Source of the DNA: Halarcobacter sp.
GTDB lineage: Bacteria; Campylobacterota; Campylobacteria; Campylobacterales; Arcobacteraceae
Direction of reading: 5' to 3'
Assembly: GCA_963676565.1 (NCBI GenBank)
Contig: OY781089.1
Span: 2,464,001 to 2,528,000, forward strand
Length of the DNA: 64,000 nucleotides
The first letter of the stretch is position 1. The number at the start of each line of letters is the position of its first letter. The translations under genes were made by a program, and so were the position numbers. The notes beneath the pieces are model-generated. The model worked only from the letters and a program-made list of their open reading frames with translations. It was not told where the DNA came from and did no database searches. Below, piece by piece: positions 36,487 through 46,917 of the stretch.

Positions 36487-37712
36487 TCAGCGATATGGAT
36501 TATAAACTCTAATCCATCGCCGATATTTTTAGCACTAATCTCTCCTCCAATTTTTTCCACAATACTTTTTACTAGGTAAAGACCTATTCCTGTTCCTTCA
36601 TCTTTAGTAGTATAATGTTTATCAAATAACCTTCCTAAGGTATAATCACTTACTCCACCTGCATTATCTTTGAAAACAATACTAAAACCTCTTAAATCTT
36701 TTTTTGTATAGATATCTATGTTTCTAACTCTATTTTTATTTTGGACAAAGGCATCTATTGAGTTGTTTATTAAATTTATAAACACATGGGTAAATTCATT
36801 TTGATGTACATGTACACAAAAATTAGAATCTATATCAATATTTAAAATTACATTGTTTTTTACTAAAACATCTTTTAGAAGCATTTTTACATAAGTAATT
36901 AGTTTTAAAAGTTTTACACACTGAAGTTCACCTTTTGGTTTTAAAAAATCTCTAAATTCTCTAAGTGTTGTAATCAAATGGTCAATATTATCAATTTGTT
37001 CTTGGGCATAATTTTCGATAAGCTTTTTATCAAATTTTTCTTTTTTACACTCTTTTTTTATAAATTCTGTTTTAAGTTTTATACCATTTAATGGCGATAT
37101 CCATTGATGAATAATTATCTCAATTAATTCACCCATGGAAGCTAATCTTGATTGTTCTTTTAACATTTCAAGTTGAGTAGAACTTTTTTTCATCTCCTTA
37201 TCAACTAAATGTTGAAGGTTCTCCTTCCTTTCATATTGTTCTTGGATATCTATCAATATAAAAAAATAGAACTCTTTGTTTACTGGATGCTTTATTGCTT
37301 TAATTTGAAATTTTCTTATTGAATTATCATAACACTTAAAATCAACTTCCAAATCATTTATCAAATAATCATTATATGTCATCCAATTAAGAAATTTTCC
37401 TACGATATCCTTTTGAATCAAAGAAGTAATTTTTGTCTTCTCATTAATTTTTTTAAAATATTTTTCCACATAATTATTAGATTGTTCTATATTAAATTTG
37501 CTATCTACTATAAAACATGGCATTGGAGCATTAAAGAAAAGGCTTGTAAATTCTTCTTGATTTTCAGATATATTATCGGTTAGTTTTTCATTTTTATATG
37601 TTTTAATCTCTTGAATAATACTACGAATATCTTTCTCACTTATAGAATTACTCAAACTCTTGTTATTTTTGTTCAATCTTAAAAAGATTTCATGGCTTAA
37701 ATTATCTTGCAT
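36483..37712 (-). CDS. Cytoplasmic PAS-containing sensor histidine kinase
   Basis: No TM; LFFNAP.PCF.VD PAS start; IIHQWISPL, NSIDAF, DNAGGV, GTGIGLY. Confidence 0.85.
   Translation of the reverse strand: MQDNLSHEIFLRLNKNNKSLSNSISEKDIRSIIQEIKTYKNEKLTDNISENQEEFTSLFFNAPMPCFIVDSKFNIEQSNNYVEKYFKKINEKTKITSLIQKDIVGKFLNWMTYNDYLINDLEVDFKCYDNSIRKFQIKAIKHPVNKEFYFFILIDIQEQYERKENLQHLVDKEMKKSSTQLEMLKEQSRLASMGELIEIIIHQWISPLNGIKLKTEFIKKECKKEKFDKKLIENYAQEQIDNIDHLITTLREFRDFLKPKGELQCVKLLKLITYVKMLLKDVLVKNNVILNIDIDSNFCVHVHQNEFTHVFINLINNSIDAFVQNKNRVRNIDIYTKKDLRGFSIVFKDNAGGVSDYTLGRLFDKHYTTKDEGTGIGLYLVKSIVEKIGGEISAKNIGDGLEFIIHIAD
36490..36530 (+). terminator. Possible intrinsic terminator of the RND operon, inside the 3' end of the convergent kinase gene
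   Basis: GCG(AT)ATGGATTA-N7-TAATCCATCGC hairpin followed by ATTTTT, just after the RND stop. Confidence 0.35.
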
Positions 37713-37900
37713 AATTAAATTTTATAAATTATCAAGTTAGCTTCAATGTATAGTTAATTTATAATAATTTATATTCTCCCATCTATATATTATAAATAAC
37801 ATATTATCATATATATTTGATATTTTTTATTAATTTTTAGCTATATATTAAAAAAATATTAAAATTTTTAACTATTTAGTATAATTAAGACTATTGAATT

Positions 37901-40741
37901 TTAAGTATTTTTAAAAAGTTGTATTGTAAAAACAGCTCCTTCTTCTCCATTTTTAACTGTTAAAGAACCTCCACAGTGATCATTTATAATAATTTTACTC
38001 ATATACAATCCAAGTCCCGTCCCCTCTTTTTCACTTTTTGTTGAAAAATATGGATCGAAAACTTTTTCTATTATCTCTTCGTCAATTCCATTTCCATTAT
38101 CACTTATCTCAATATAAACATTTTGCTCATCACTATATGTTTTAATTTTTATTTTTGAATCTAAAACTAAATTTTCAACCAATACATCTTCAGCATTTTT
38201 TATTATGTTTAATATAACTTGATTTATCTCAGTTGCATGAACCATAACCTCTTCATTTGAGTTTAATTCTATTTCTAATTTAATGTTATTTGAATCTAAT
38301 GAACCTTTTATAATCGAAACCGAATTATTTATAATATTCTCAAGGCTAATAAGGATTTTTTCTTTATCTGTTTTAAAAAAGTTTCTAAAATCATCAATCG
38401 TAGTTGATAAGTGAATAGAGTAATCACTTATTAAAGACAATTCCTTCTCTAAATCTTTTTTAGGAAGATTTTCATCCAACATCAATCTTATTAAAATGTT
38501 ATTTGTAGTTGCAGAAATTGCAGTTAAAGGTTGTCTCCATTGATGGGCAATCATTGATAACATTTCACCCATTTGGGCCAACCTACTTTGTTGTATTAGC
38601 TGTTTAGTTTTTTCTTCATTTTTTGCAATCTCTTTTTGAACTTTTTCCTCAAGTTTTATTGTTAAAGAGTTTAATTCATCTTCAATATCTTTTCTTTTTT
38701 GAATATCTCTCCATACATTATGAATTAGTTTTTTATTTTGAAAATCAATGGCTGTAATCACAACATCAAGCCATATTAAAGTACCATCTTTTTTCTTATG
38801 TAGCATCTCAAAAGTACAAGAACCCTCTTCTATAGTTTTTTGTAAATATTTATCTATTAATTCTAAAGAGTGTGTTCCATCAGGTTGAAAAGTTGGTAAA
38901 ATATTTTTTCTATTGGTATTTATAAATTCTTCTTCATTTTCAAAACCTAATAATTCATATGATTTAGAATTACATTTTACTATCTTAGGTTCTCCATCTA
39001 TTGTTGCTAAAAAAACACCATCAGATGATTCATTAAAAGTTTTTTCAAAAAGAATTTTTTGGGAACGAAGTTCTAGTGTTTTTTCTTCAAGTTCTTTTGA
39101 TTTTGATTCAATGTTTTTATTTGCCTCTTGAAGTTTTTTATTATGTGTATTTAATACTATTTGTCTATATATCATAATTATAAGAATAATTATGATTACA
39201 ATAGCAACTTGCCAAAACTTTGTATAATCAACAAAATTCTCATATTTTACAGACATCCACTTATTTTTTAACTCTTGTATCTTTGCAATTGAAATAGAGT
39301 TAATAGCTTTATTGATAATTGAAACTAATAAATAATAGTCATCTCTAATCATAACTCTAAAATCAAGATTAAATTCTGTGGTACCTGATATTTTTATATC
39401 ATTAAAACCATATTTTCTAATATAGTGGGATAACTCAGGAAGTATACCAATTGTTGCAAAAACTTCATTGTTTGATAATGCTTTTAAAGCATCAAATTTA
39501 TTTTTATAACTTTTAAACTTTATTTTAGGGTATTTATCAATTAAGATTTTATATATTCCTGTACCTTTTACTATAGCAACAGTTTTACCATCTAAAATAG
39601 CTGTATTAGTAATATATCTTTTATCAAGTTTAGTTGCAATTGCAAGGGGATAAGACATATAAGGAATTGAAAATAGACTATATGAAAGTTTATCTTCTGT
39701 AATAACTGCAGCAATTGCTAAATCTGCCTCTTTATTTTTTATCTTCTCTTCAATTTTTTCAAAACTATCAACAACCTCACAAGAAGAGTCAATAAAAGCT
39801 CTTTCTTTTATTATATTCCAAAAATCAACAGAGATTCCAGTGGGCTTATCTTTTATGAAAATAAAGGGATGCCAATTTGTAGAGATACATTTAATCTTTT
39901 TCTCAACTAAAAATAATCGTTCTTTTATATCTAATTCATCAATTATATTGACTTTTTCTTTCTCTAAACCATAGGTATCAATCCATTTCTGTCTTAAATT
40001 TATCCACTCAATTTTAGAAATAGAATCAAAGGATTTTTGTATAATAGAATTAAGGATTTTATTCTCTTTTGTTATTCCAAACCTTAAATCAGTTTTGTTT
40101 AGGTTTGGTAGATTTAATTCATCCAATACTCTCATATTTGTATATTGTTTATTTTTAATTGCATTTTGAGTACTTAAAAGGTGTCCAAAGATAATATCAA
40201 CTTCACCAAAAGCTAGAGCATCTAATTTTTTCTCAAAACTGTCATATTCAACTATTTCAAATAAATTTAGATCTTCAATTTGTTTTTTATAAAAAATATT
40301 TTTTGTCATACCTAATCTCATATTTTTTAATGAGTTTAGATTCTTATAGTCTGTCAAATCTTTTCTTGAAAAAATCATCAAAGGGATTTCATAATAAGGT
40401 TTGGTGTAGTTTGTAAAGCTTAATCTACTTTCTCTGTAAGAGATTGCATCTATTATATCAATTTGTTTTTCTTTGAATCTTTCTAAATTAATTGGCCACT
40501 TATTAACTTCATATTCAAAGTTTAAAGAACTCTTTTCTGATATCAGTTGTAAAATATCATAAGAGAATCCTTCTAATTTTCCATTTTTGAAAATAGAAAA
40601 AGGTGGAAAGTCTGGTAACAATGCCACCTTTACTTTATTGTTTTTTATATACTCTTTTTCTTCTTGAGTAAAATTTAGTTCTGCAAATAGTGTAAGGTTA
40701 AATATTGATAGTAAAAGTAAAAGTTTTAACAATCTACTCAT
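37901..40741 (-). CDS. Sensor histidine kinase with tandem periplasmic family-3 substrate-binding domains and PAS
   Basis: Signal peptide, FT.EEK.YI, DFPPFS, WHPF; TM; PAS (FQPDG..S); IAHQWRQPL; GTGLGLYM. Confidence 0.9.
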   Translation of the reverse strand: MSRLLKLLLLLSIFNLTLFAELNFTQEEKEYIKNNKVKVALLPDFPPFSIFKNGKLEGFSYDILQLISEKSSLNFEYEVNKWPINLERFKEKQIDIIDAISYRESRLSFTNYTKPYYEIPLMIFSRKDLTDYKNLNSLKNMRLGMTKNIFYKKQIEDLNLFEIVEYDSFEKKLDALAFGEVDIIFGHLLSTQNAIKNKQYTNMRVLDELNLPNLNKTDLRFGITKENKILNSIIQKSFDSISKIEWINLRQKWIDTYGLEKEKVNIIDELDIKERLFLVEKKIKCISTNWHPFIFIKDKPTGISVDFWNIIKERAFIDSSCEVVDSFEKIEEKIKNKEADLAIAAVITEDKLSYSLFSIPYMSYPLAIATKLDKRYITNTAILDGKTVAIVKGTGIYKILIDKYPKIKFKSYKNKFDALKALSNNEVFATIGILPELSHYIRKYGFNDIKISGTTEFNLDFRVMIRDDYYLLVSIINKAINSISIAKIQELKNKWMSVKYENFVDYTKFWQVAIVIIIILIIMIYRQIVLNTHNKKLQEANKNIESKSKELEEKTLELRSQKILFEKTFNESSDGVFLATIDGEPKIVKCNSKSYELLGFENEEEFINTNRKNILPTFQPDGTHSLELIDKYLQKTIEEGSCTFEMLHKKKDGTLIWLDVVITAIDFQNKKLIHNVWRDIQKRKDIEDELNSLTIKLEEKVQKEIAKNEEKTKQLIQQSRLAQMGEMLSMIAHQWRQPLTAISATTNNILIRLMLDENLPKKDLEKELSLISDYSIHLSTTIDDFRNFFKTDKEKILISLENIINNSVSIIKGSLDSNNIKLEIELNSNEEVMVHATEINQVILNIIKNAEDVLVENLVLDSKIKIKTYSDEQNVYIEISDNGNGIDEEIIEKVFDPYFSTKSEKEGTGLGLYMSKIIINDHCGGSLTVKNGEEGAVFTIQLFKNT

Positions 40742-41199
40742 AAATCATAAACCATTGCAATTTCATCACAAACAGGAAAGTGTTTACATCTAATACAATC
40801 AGCCCATATCTTATGTTCTGGTATCTTCTCTTTCTCTATTTCATAAAATCCCAATGATTCAAAAAAACCTTTTTGATAGGTTAAAGAAAGTATTTGTTGT
40901 AAACCTAAAGATTTTCCTTCTTCTATACAAGCTTCAACCAATTTCTTACCTAATTTTAAACCTCTAAAGTTTTTAGAGACAACTAAACTTCTAACTTCTG
41001 AAAGTCTTGCTGAATGTATATGTAAAGCAGTAAATCCTGCCATTACACCATCAACTTCTACAACGGTATATGATCTAATTGTATTAGCCATTTCATCTTC
41101 TGTTCTTAGAAGAATAATCCCATTTTCAACCTCTTCTTTAACTAAAGATTGCATTGTAGTAATATGGCTAACATCTGGTTTATAAAATTTAATTTCCAA
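40738..41199 (-). CDS. GNAT N-acetyltransferase, short N-acetylglutamate synthase-like
   Basis: G..L.R, EVRSLVV...RG..LG..LV, LSLTY...FF..LGF, KIWADC.RC..FP.CDE.A. Confidence 0.8.
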   Translation of the reverse strand: MEIKFYKPDVSHITTMQSLVKEEVENGIILLRTEDEMANTIRSYTVVEVDGVMAGFTALHIHSARLSEVRSLVVSKNFRGLKLGKKLVEACIEEGKSLGLQQILSLTYQKGFFESLGFYEIEKEKIPEHKIWADCIRCKHFPVCDEIAMVYDL

Positions 41200-41791
41200 A
41201 AAGATATCCTGTAATTCTATCTTGAAGTTGTTGTAAACCTCGTTTTTTTAAATTTGAAATAAAAATACCCTCAGGGTATTCTCTTTTTAATTTTTGTAAA
41301 TCATTTTGTTTCAATTTATCAATTTTTGTAAAAGCATTTATGATAATTTGATCACCTCTTTTTATTGTCTTTAAAAACTCATCAACATTTTTGTCAATTG
41401 CTAAATCTGGATGTCTAGAATCAATCAAATGAACAAAGATCTGTAAACATGGCCTTTGTTCTAAATATCCCGTCAAGTTTTTATTCCAATCCCTTTTTAA
41501 ACTTTTTGAAACCTTTGCATATCCAAAACCTGGTAAATCAACAAATCTAGAATAAACATAAGGTAGTTCTTCACTTTCGGTTTTAAACTTAATATCAAAA
41601 TAGTTTATTAACTGTGTTTTCCCTGGAGTAGAAGATGATTTGGCTAAACCTTTTCTATTTGTAAGGGTATTTAACAAAGAAGATTTACCAACATTACTTC
41701 TTCCTAAAAAAGCAACTTCTGCTTTATCTGGACTTGGAGAGTCCATAATACTTTGGGCGGAAGTTAAAAATTGTGCATCAACGATTTTCAT
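41189..41791 (-). CDS. yihA: Ribosome biogenesis GTPase YihA/YsxC (EngB)
   Basis: EVAFLGRSNVGKSS, SSTPGKTQLIN, DLPGFGYAKVS, TKIDK. Confidence 0.95.
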   Translation of the reverse strand: MKIVDAQFLTSAQSIMDSPSPDKAEVAFLGRSNVGKSSLLNTLTNRKGLAKSSSTPGKTQLINYFDIKFKTESEELPYVYSRFVDLPGFGYAKVSKSLKRDWNKNLTGYLEQRPCLQIFVHLIDSRHPDLAIDKNVDEFLKTIKRGDQIIINAFTKIDKLKQNDLQKLKREYPEGIFISNLKKRGLQQLQDRITGYLFGN

Positions 41792-42288
41792 TATTTCTTC
41801 TCTTCTTTATTTTTATTATTGTTATTAACATTGATGATAAATCTTACTGGGTTATTTTGAGTTCCCTTAACTTTTGCATTACCTGTTAATTGATTAATAA
41901 AAATTGTTTCCCCAAAAAGTTCCCTTTGTTCACTCTCTTCTTTTACATAACCATTACCAATGATTGTATATTCTTGTTTTTTTGGAGAATAAATAACTCT
42001 ATTTCCTTTCCCTTTATAAATCTTTCCATTACTATAAATTTCAAAATCTGCATTTCCTGAAGCTACATATTTAAATGGTGTATTTGACTTACCCTTTTTA
42101 TTAGCTTCCATAAAAATCTCTAATTTATAGGCATTAAGTTTATCTTTGCCCATTTTTAATTTTACATTTCCTGTAAAAATAGTTATTCCTTTTGAATCAT
42201 CAGATTCAAAACTATCTGCATCAATAATCAATTTATCATTTGCAAAAATCAAAGTTGTAAAAAACAACAATGTTATAAAAAATTTCAT
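41791..42288 (-). CDS. lptA: LPS transport periplasmic protein LptA
   Basis: Signal peptide; IDAD.F, FTGNV, A.GN, L.G..I; kdsC-lptC-lptA synteny. Confidence 0.85.
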   Translation of the reverse strand: MKFFITLLFFTTLIFANDKLIIDADSFESDDSKGITIFTGNVKLKMGKDKLNAYKLEIFMEANKKGKSNTPFKYVASGNADFEIYSNGKIYKGKGNRVIYSPKKQEYTIIGNGYVKEESEQRELFGETIFINQLTGNAKVKGTQNNPVRFIINVNNNNKNKEEKK

Positions 42289-42291
42289 TTA

Positions 42292-42825
42292 TTAATTTCC
42301 TTTATTTGTATCAATTTCAAAATGAGTGTTCTTTGAACTCATATAATATTTATTTAAATCAAGATAAATATTTTCACCTTTTATATAATTTTCATAATAA
42401 TTACCATCAAAAGGTTTTGAATTATATGCAATTTTTGTTTTTGCATTGTAATCTAATTCATCGGTATTTAAATTAATATAATCATTTCTTGTAAACTTTA
42501 CATTATTTAAAAACTCAAATTCATCTGCTCTTTTCACAATTTTATCAGCGATTAATGTATCAGTTATAATATCACCCTTTGAATTTGTATTTCTTGTGGT
42601 TAAAGAACCATTATGTAATACATCTTTTGTTTTATATCTAATTGCCTTTTTTGAATAAACTATCCTATTCATATTTTGTGGACTCAATGTGTACATTATT
42701 GAATCATCAAATACTAAAAGTGGCAAATCTTCAATTGATTCTTTTTTTTCAATTCTATCAACTGGGATAAAATAACTAAAAGTTGCAAGAATCAATAAAG
42801 CTAAAACAAAAACTCTTATAACCAT
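42292..42825 (-). CDS. lptC: LPS export periplasmic protein LptC-like
   Basis: N-terminal anchor, beta-rich domain (NNVKF..L.T..L.Y); located between kdsC and lptA. Confidence 0.65.
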   Translation of the reverse strand: MVIRVFVLALLILATFSYFIPVDRIEKKESIEDLPLLVFDDSIMYTLSPQNMNRIVYSKKAIRYKTKDVLHNGSLTTRNTNSKGDIITDTLIADKIVKRADEFEFLNNVKFTRNDYINLNTDELDYNAKTKIAYNSKPFDGNYYENYIKGENIYLDLNKYYMSSKNTHFEIDTNKGN

Positions 42826-43313
42826 GCTTTAACAAAATCCTCTTCTATTCCATCTTCTTTTATAATATATTCAATCATCTCTCTGACTGCACCTTTACCA
42901 CCATAAGAGTTGCATTGTATATTTACAATCTCTTTTATATATTTTGAACCATTAGCGGGAGTAAAAGATATTGCAGCTTTTTTTAGCATCTTATAATCAT
43001 TTAGATCATCACCAATAGCGGCAACTTCATTCCAAGTGATACCCTCTTCTTTTAAAATTTTTTCTAAAACTTCATCTTTATTATGAACACCTTGATATAG
43101 ATGTTCTATTTTTAAATCTTTTGCTCTTCTTTCAACTATTAAAGAGTTTCTTCCTGTAATAATTGCAGCTTTTTTCCCAAGTTTTTTTGTCCATGTTGCA
43201 ATTGCTAAACCATCTGCAACATCAAAAGTTTTAAGTTCATCCCCACTATTTGAATATGTTATTCCACCATCTGTTAATGTTCCATCAACATCAAGAACAA
43301 TTAACTTAATCAT
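42816..43313 (-). CDS. kdsC: KDO 8-phosphate phosphatase
   Basis: LDVDGTLTDG, AIITGR, IGDDLND, GG.GAVRE. Confidence 0.93.
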   Translation of the reverse strand: MIKLIVLDVDGTLTDGGITYSNSGDELKTFDVADGLAIATWTKKLGKKAAIITGRNSLIVERRAKDLKIEHLYQGVHNKDEVLEKILKEEGITWNEVAAIGDDLNDYKMLKKAAISFTPANGSKYIKEIVNIQCNSYGGKGAVREMIEYIIKEDGIEEDFVKAWL

Positions 43314-43882
43314 AAAACACCTTTAGTACTTGGTATTCCAAGCTTTTCATTTTTTGCTAAGGCTCTTCTTAAAGCAACAGCAAAGGCTTTGAAACTAGCT
43401 TCTAAAATATGATGTTTATTTCTTCCTCTTTCATTTATGATATGAACAGTTAGACCTGCATTTCCTGATAGTGCATGGAAAAACTCTTCAGCTAACTCAA
43501 CATCAAACTCTCCAACTTTTCCAGTTACATTAACCTCATAAACTAAAAAAGGTCTATTTGATAAATCTAAAGCACATGTTGTAGCTGCTTCATCCATTAC
43601 AACTGTTGCATTTCCATATCTTTCAACATTTTCAATTGGGAAAATTTCATCTTTTAAAGCTTTCCCTAAAACAATACCACAATCTTCAACTGTATGGTGT
43701 GCATCAATATGCAAATCACCTTTGCAAGTTAAATCTATATCAATACCACTATGCTTTGAAAGTGCTTCAAGCATATGGTCAAAAAAACCCACTCCTGTAT
43801 CTATTTGAGAAGAACCATTACCTGATATATCAACTCTACATTTAATATTTGTTTCTTTAGTTTGTCTATTTAATTCTGTCAT
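43310..43882 (-). CDS. hisB: Imidazoleglycerol-phosphate dehydratase
   Basis: RQTKET, FFDHML, GDLHIDAHHTVED, MDEA, NKHH..EA.FKA, PSTKG. Confidence 0.96.
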   Translation of the reverse strand: MTELNRQTKETNIKCRVDISGNGSSQIDTGVGFFDHMLEALSKHSGIDIDLTCKGDLHIDAHHTVEDCGIVLGKALKDEIFPIENVERYGNATVVMDEAATTCALDLSNRPFLVYEVNVTGKVGEFDVELAEEFFHALSGNAGLTVHIINERGRNKHHILEASFKAFAVALRRALAKNEKLGIPSTKGVL

Positions 43883-43890
43883 CTATTTTC

Positions 43891-44700
43891 CTATTCAGCA
43901 ATAATCATTGCCCCAGTTAAACCATTTTTATTTCTATAATCTCTAGCTTCTTCTTCTGATCTAAATCCAGCAATCCAAACTCTATTTATTGGTCTACTTT
44001 CAAAAGTACCCTCTTTAATAACAACATTATACCTATCTTCTAAGGCTAATTCAAATTTTCTTTTTGTAATTTTTGCACCTTCAAGTCTTCTAAAAGCACC
44101 AACTTGAATATAATATTTACCAACAGTTGCTGTCTCTTGTTTTTCCTCTTTTGTCTGAGCAATTTTTGCATGGAATCCTAAAACTGTAATTTTAACCCTT
44201 GCAGTTCCTTTTTTTACCATATCTATATCATGGGCAGCTTTATTTGAAAGGTCGATTATCCTTCCACTTACAAATGGTCCTCTATCATTAACTCTAACAA
44301 TTGTTGATTTCCCATTTTCTAAATTTTCAACTTTTACCATTGAGTTCATTGGTAAGGTTTTATGAGCAGCAGTTTGAGCATACATATCATAAATTTCACC
44401 ATTTGAAGTTCTTTTTGCATGAAAATTTGGACCATACCAAGAGGCAATACCCCTTTGTGTATCACCAACCTTTGCTAAAGTTGGATAGTACCATTTTCCG
44501 GCAATCTTATATGGTCTCATAGTTGCTCTATGCATAGCTTTAGAGTTTTTGATTTTTTGAGTTCCAAGTGGCTTATGCACTTTCTCACCAAGTATAGGTA
44601 TATAACTGCTATAATTTGTTGATTTTGAAGAGCATCCTGTAAATATTACCCCAAAAGCCAAAGCTGAAAAACCAAATTTAATTATTTTATCTGATAACAA
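43891..44700 (-). CDS. rlpA: Septal ring lytic transglycosylase RlpA family lipoprotein with SPOR domain
   Basis: Lipobox FTGC; GIASWYG, TAAHKTLP, RVNDRGPF..GRIIDLS; IQVGAF SPOR. Confidence 0.93.
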   Translation of the reverse strand: MLSDKIIKFGFSALAFGVIFTGCSSKSTNYSSYIPILGEKVHKPLGTQKIKNSKAMHRATMRPYKIAGKWYYPTLAKVGDTQRGIASWYGPNFHAKRTSNGEIYDMYAQTAAHKTLPMNSMVKVENLENGKSTIVRVNDRGPFVSGRIIDLSNKAAHDIDMVKKGTARVKITVLGFHAKIAQTKEEKQETATVGKYYIQVGAFRRLEGAKITKRKFELALEDRYNVVIKEGTFESRPINRVWIAGFRSEEEARDYRNKNGLTGAMIIAE

Positions 44701-46090
44701 GTCTATCCCCTATTTTAAGAAAACTACTTTTTAAATTATTATCTTTCATAATTTTCTTAACATCTACATTATATTTTCTAGCAATTGAATATAAAGAGTC
44801 GCCACTTTTAACAGTGTATCTTTTTTTAGAAGGTACACTACTGATTTTAAAAATATTTCTATTTTTTATCATATCATTTGGAATTGGCAATAATAGTTTT
44901 TGTTTTAATGATAAAAATGAAGATTTTAATTTATTTTGTTTTTTTATAATTTCAACTGTAATATTGTATTTTTTTGCAATACCAATTAAAGTATCTCCAC
45001 TTCTTACAGTATGAACAGCATAAACTGTATCTTTGATATTATTCTTATTTAAATTAAATCTACTTAATCTAGTATATGGAATATTGATTGTATAGAAATT
45101 TTCACTTGGAGGTACTATTCCTCTTTTTAAGTGTTTATTTAATTCATATAATTCATCATATTTCATACCAATTGCTTTTGCAATATTATTTAAATGCCAA
45201 CCACCTTTAACAGGAACTGTAGCTATTGTTTTTGAGATACCCATATTTAGTAAGTGTGAGTTAGCATCATTTTTTATAAAATTTTGTGAATTTAGCATGG
45301 CTAATGAGATAATTTTTCTAATATATCTTCTAGATTCCTTTGGAAGATATTGTCTATCCAAACCTTTTTGTTCCTGAAGTAAATCTTCAATATCTGGAGT
45401 TATTCCCCAAGTTTTAACCTCGTCATATACATTTCTTAGTTTATAATAAGAAACTCTTCTTTTTTGATATTCTGCAATGGTTTTTCTATATTCATATATC
45501 TTTTTACTTCTTTTTTGTGATGGGTGTCTTTCTACATAAATATCTAAAATAGCTCTACTTAAAGCTTCAATAACCCTTCCTTCACCACAGTTATATGCAA
45601 TTGCAGCTAAGTACCATTTATCAAATCTGTCATGTAAAGCATTTAAATATTTTGCTGCAGCAATAGTTGATTTAACAAGATCCATTCTCTCATCAACATA
45701 AAAATCATTTTTTAAGCCATACATTTTTGCAGTTCCATGCATAAACTGCCATAGACCAGTTGCTCTTACATAAGATTTTGCATCTATATCAAAATTTGAT
45801 TCTGCCATTGCCATATAAATAAATACATCTGGAATATTTTGTTGTCTTAGTATATCTTTTACTCTTGGTACAAATAATGATGCTTCATTAAGTTTTTCTA
45901 AGTAATTATGGGAATTTCTTCTATTTTGAAATTGCTCATACACCTCTTGAAGTTTATAGTCAGTTATAAAAGAAGATTTAATATCTAAATCTTCCAGAAT
46001 TTGTAAATCTCTTTGTGTGAAATTTGAACCTATTAAGGATGCATAAGAATAAATAGAAAAAACAAAAATAAGTAATAATAGTTTTTTCAA
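44687..46090 (-). CDS. MltD-like lytic transglycosylase with two LysM domains
   Basis: MAMAES, ATGLWQFM, AYNCGEG, LPKES..Y; H.V.SGDTL..IA and Y.V.SGDSL.SIA LysMs; likely TTG start at 46090. Confidence 0.9.
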   Translation of the reverse strand: MKKLLLLIFVFSIYSYASLIGSNFTQRDLQILEDLDIKSSFITDYKLQEVYEQFQNRRNSHNYLEKLNEASLFVPRVKDILRQQNIPDVFIYMAMAESNFDIDAKSYVRATGLWQFMHGTAKMYGLKNDFYVDERMDLVKSTIAAAKYLNALHDRFDKWYLAAIAYNCGEGRVIEALSRAILDIYVERHPSQKRSKKIYEYRKTIAEYQKRRVSYYKLRNVYDEVKTWGITPDIEDLLQEQKGLDRQYLPKESRRYIRKIISLAMLNSQNFIKNDANSHLLNMGISKTIATVPVKGGWHLNNIAKAIGMKYDELYELNKHLKRGIVPPSENFYTINIPYTRLSRFNLNKNNIKDTVYAVHTVRSGDTLIGIAKKYNITVEIIKKQNKLKSSFLSLKQKLLLPIPNDMIKNRNIFKISSVPSKKRYTVKSGDSLYSIARKYNVDVKKIMKDNNLKSSFLKIGDRLVIR

Positions 46091-46128
46091 ATTCACTTTC
46101 CTATATATAAAAATAGACAATATTATAT

Positions 46129-46917
46129 CTAAATTATCGTAGAAAATTCCTTAAATAGCCTTATTGCGTTATTTGTGGTAAGTTCTTCTATCTCATCTTT
46201 TGTCATATTTAATAATTCAGCCATTTTCTCTGCCACTAAATTTGTATAAAAAGGCTCATTCCTTTTCCCTCTATGAGGATGTGGCGTCAAATATGGACCA
46301 TCTGTTTCAATAATAAGTTTTTCCTTTGGAATCTTTGATAAAACCTCCACAAGTTTTCTTGCATTTTTAAATGTTAAGACTCCACCAATTCCATAATAAA
46401 AATTGTGTTCTGCTAAAGGGAGAAGATGTTCACTTGCATTGTAGCAATGTAATACTCCCCCAACCTCTTTTGCATTTGTATTAATTAATATATCTCTTGA
46501 ATCATTTGAAGCATCTCTAATATGAACAATAAGAGGTTTTTTTACCTTTTTTGCAAACTCAATTTGAGCTTTAAAAACCTCTTTTTGTTTTTTTATATTT
46601 TGTTGTTTTTCTTCTTCATCTTCAGGAAGTCTAAAATAATCAAGTCCACATTCACCAATTGCGATACATTTTGGATGATTAACATATTTTTCCATAATTG
46701 TTTCATCATACATATCAATATCATAAGGGTGAATTCCAACAGCAAAAAAAACTTCATCATATTTTTCTGCTAGTTTTATAGCTTGTGGTAAATCATTAAA
46801 ATCTGCCCCTGGAATTAAAAAGCCTTTAACTTTATTTTCAAGTGCACGATTTATAACTTCATCTATATCTTCATAGTATTGTTTATTATCAAGATGTATA
46901 TGTGTATCTATTATGAT
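46129..46917 (-). CDS. tatD: TatD family hydrolase/DNase; start extended to a non-canonical codon
   Basis: Open frame upstream of ATG 46713 reads IIIDTHIHLD...AVGIHP; also AIGECGLDY, VHIRDA, GVLHC, ETDGPYLTP; start ATC 46917 or ATA 46914. Confidence 0.88.
   Translation of the reverse strand: MIIDTHIHLDNKQYYEDIDEVINRALENKVKGFLIPGADFNDLPQAIKLAEKYDEVFFAVGIHPYDIDMYDETIMEKYVNHPKCIAIGECGLDYFRLPEDEEEKQQNIKKQKEVFKAQIEFAKKVKKPLIVHIRDASNDSRDILINTNAKEVGGVLHCYNASEHLLPLAEHNFYYGIGGVLTFKNARKLVEVLSKIPKEKLIIETDGPYLTPHPHRGKRNEPFYTNLVAEKMAELLNMTKDEIEELTTNNAIRLFKEFSTII

Noticed and set aside
37713..37900. Long AT-rich intergenic region as a possible sRNA or repeat locus
   Set aside because: No stable hairpin, repeat array or convincing ORF found by eye
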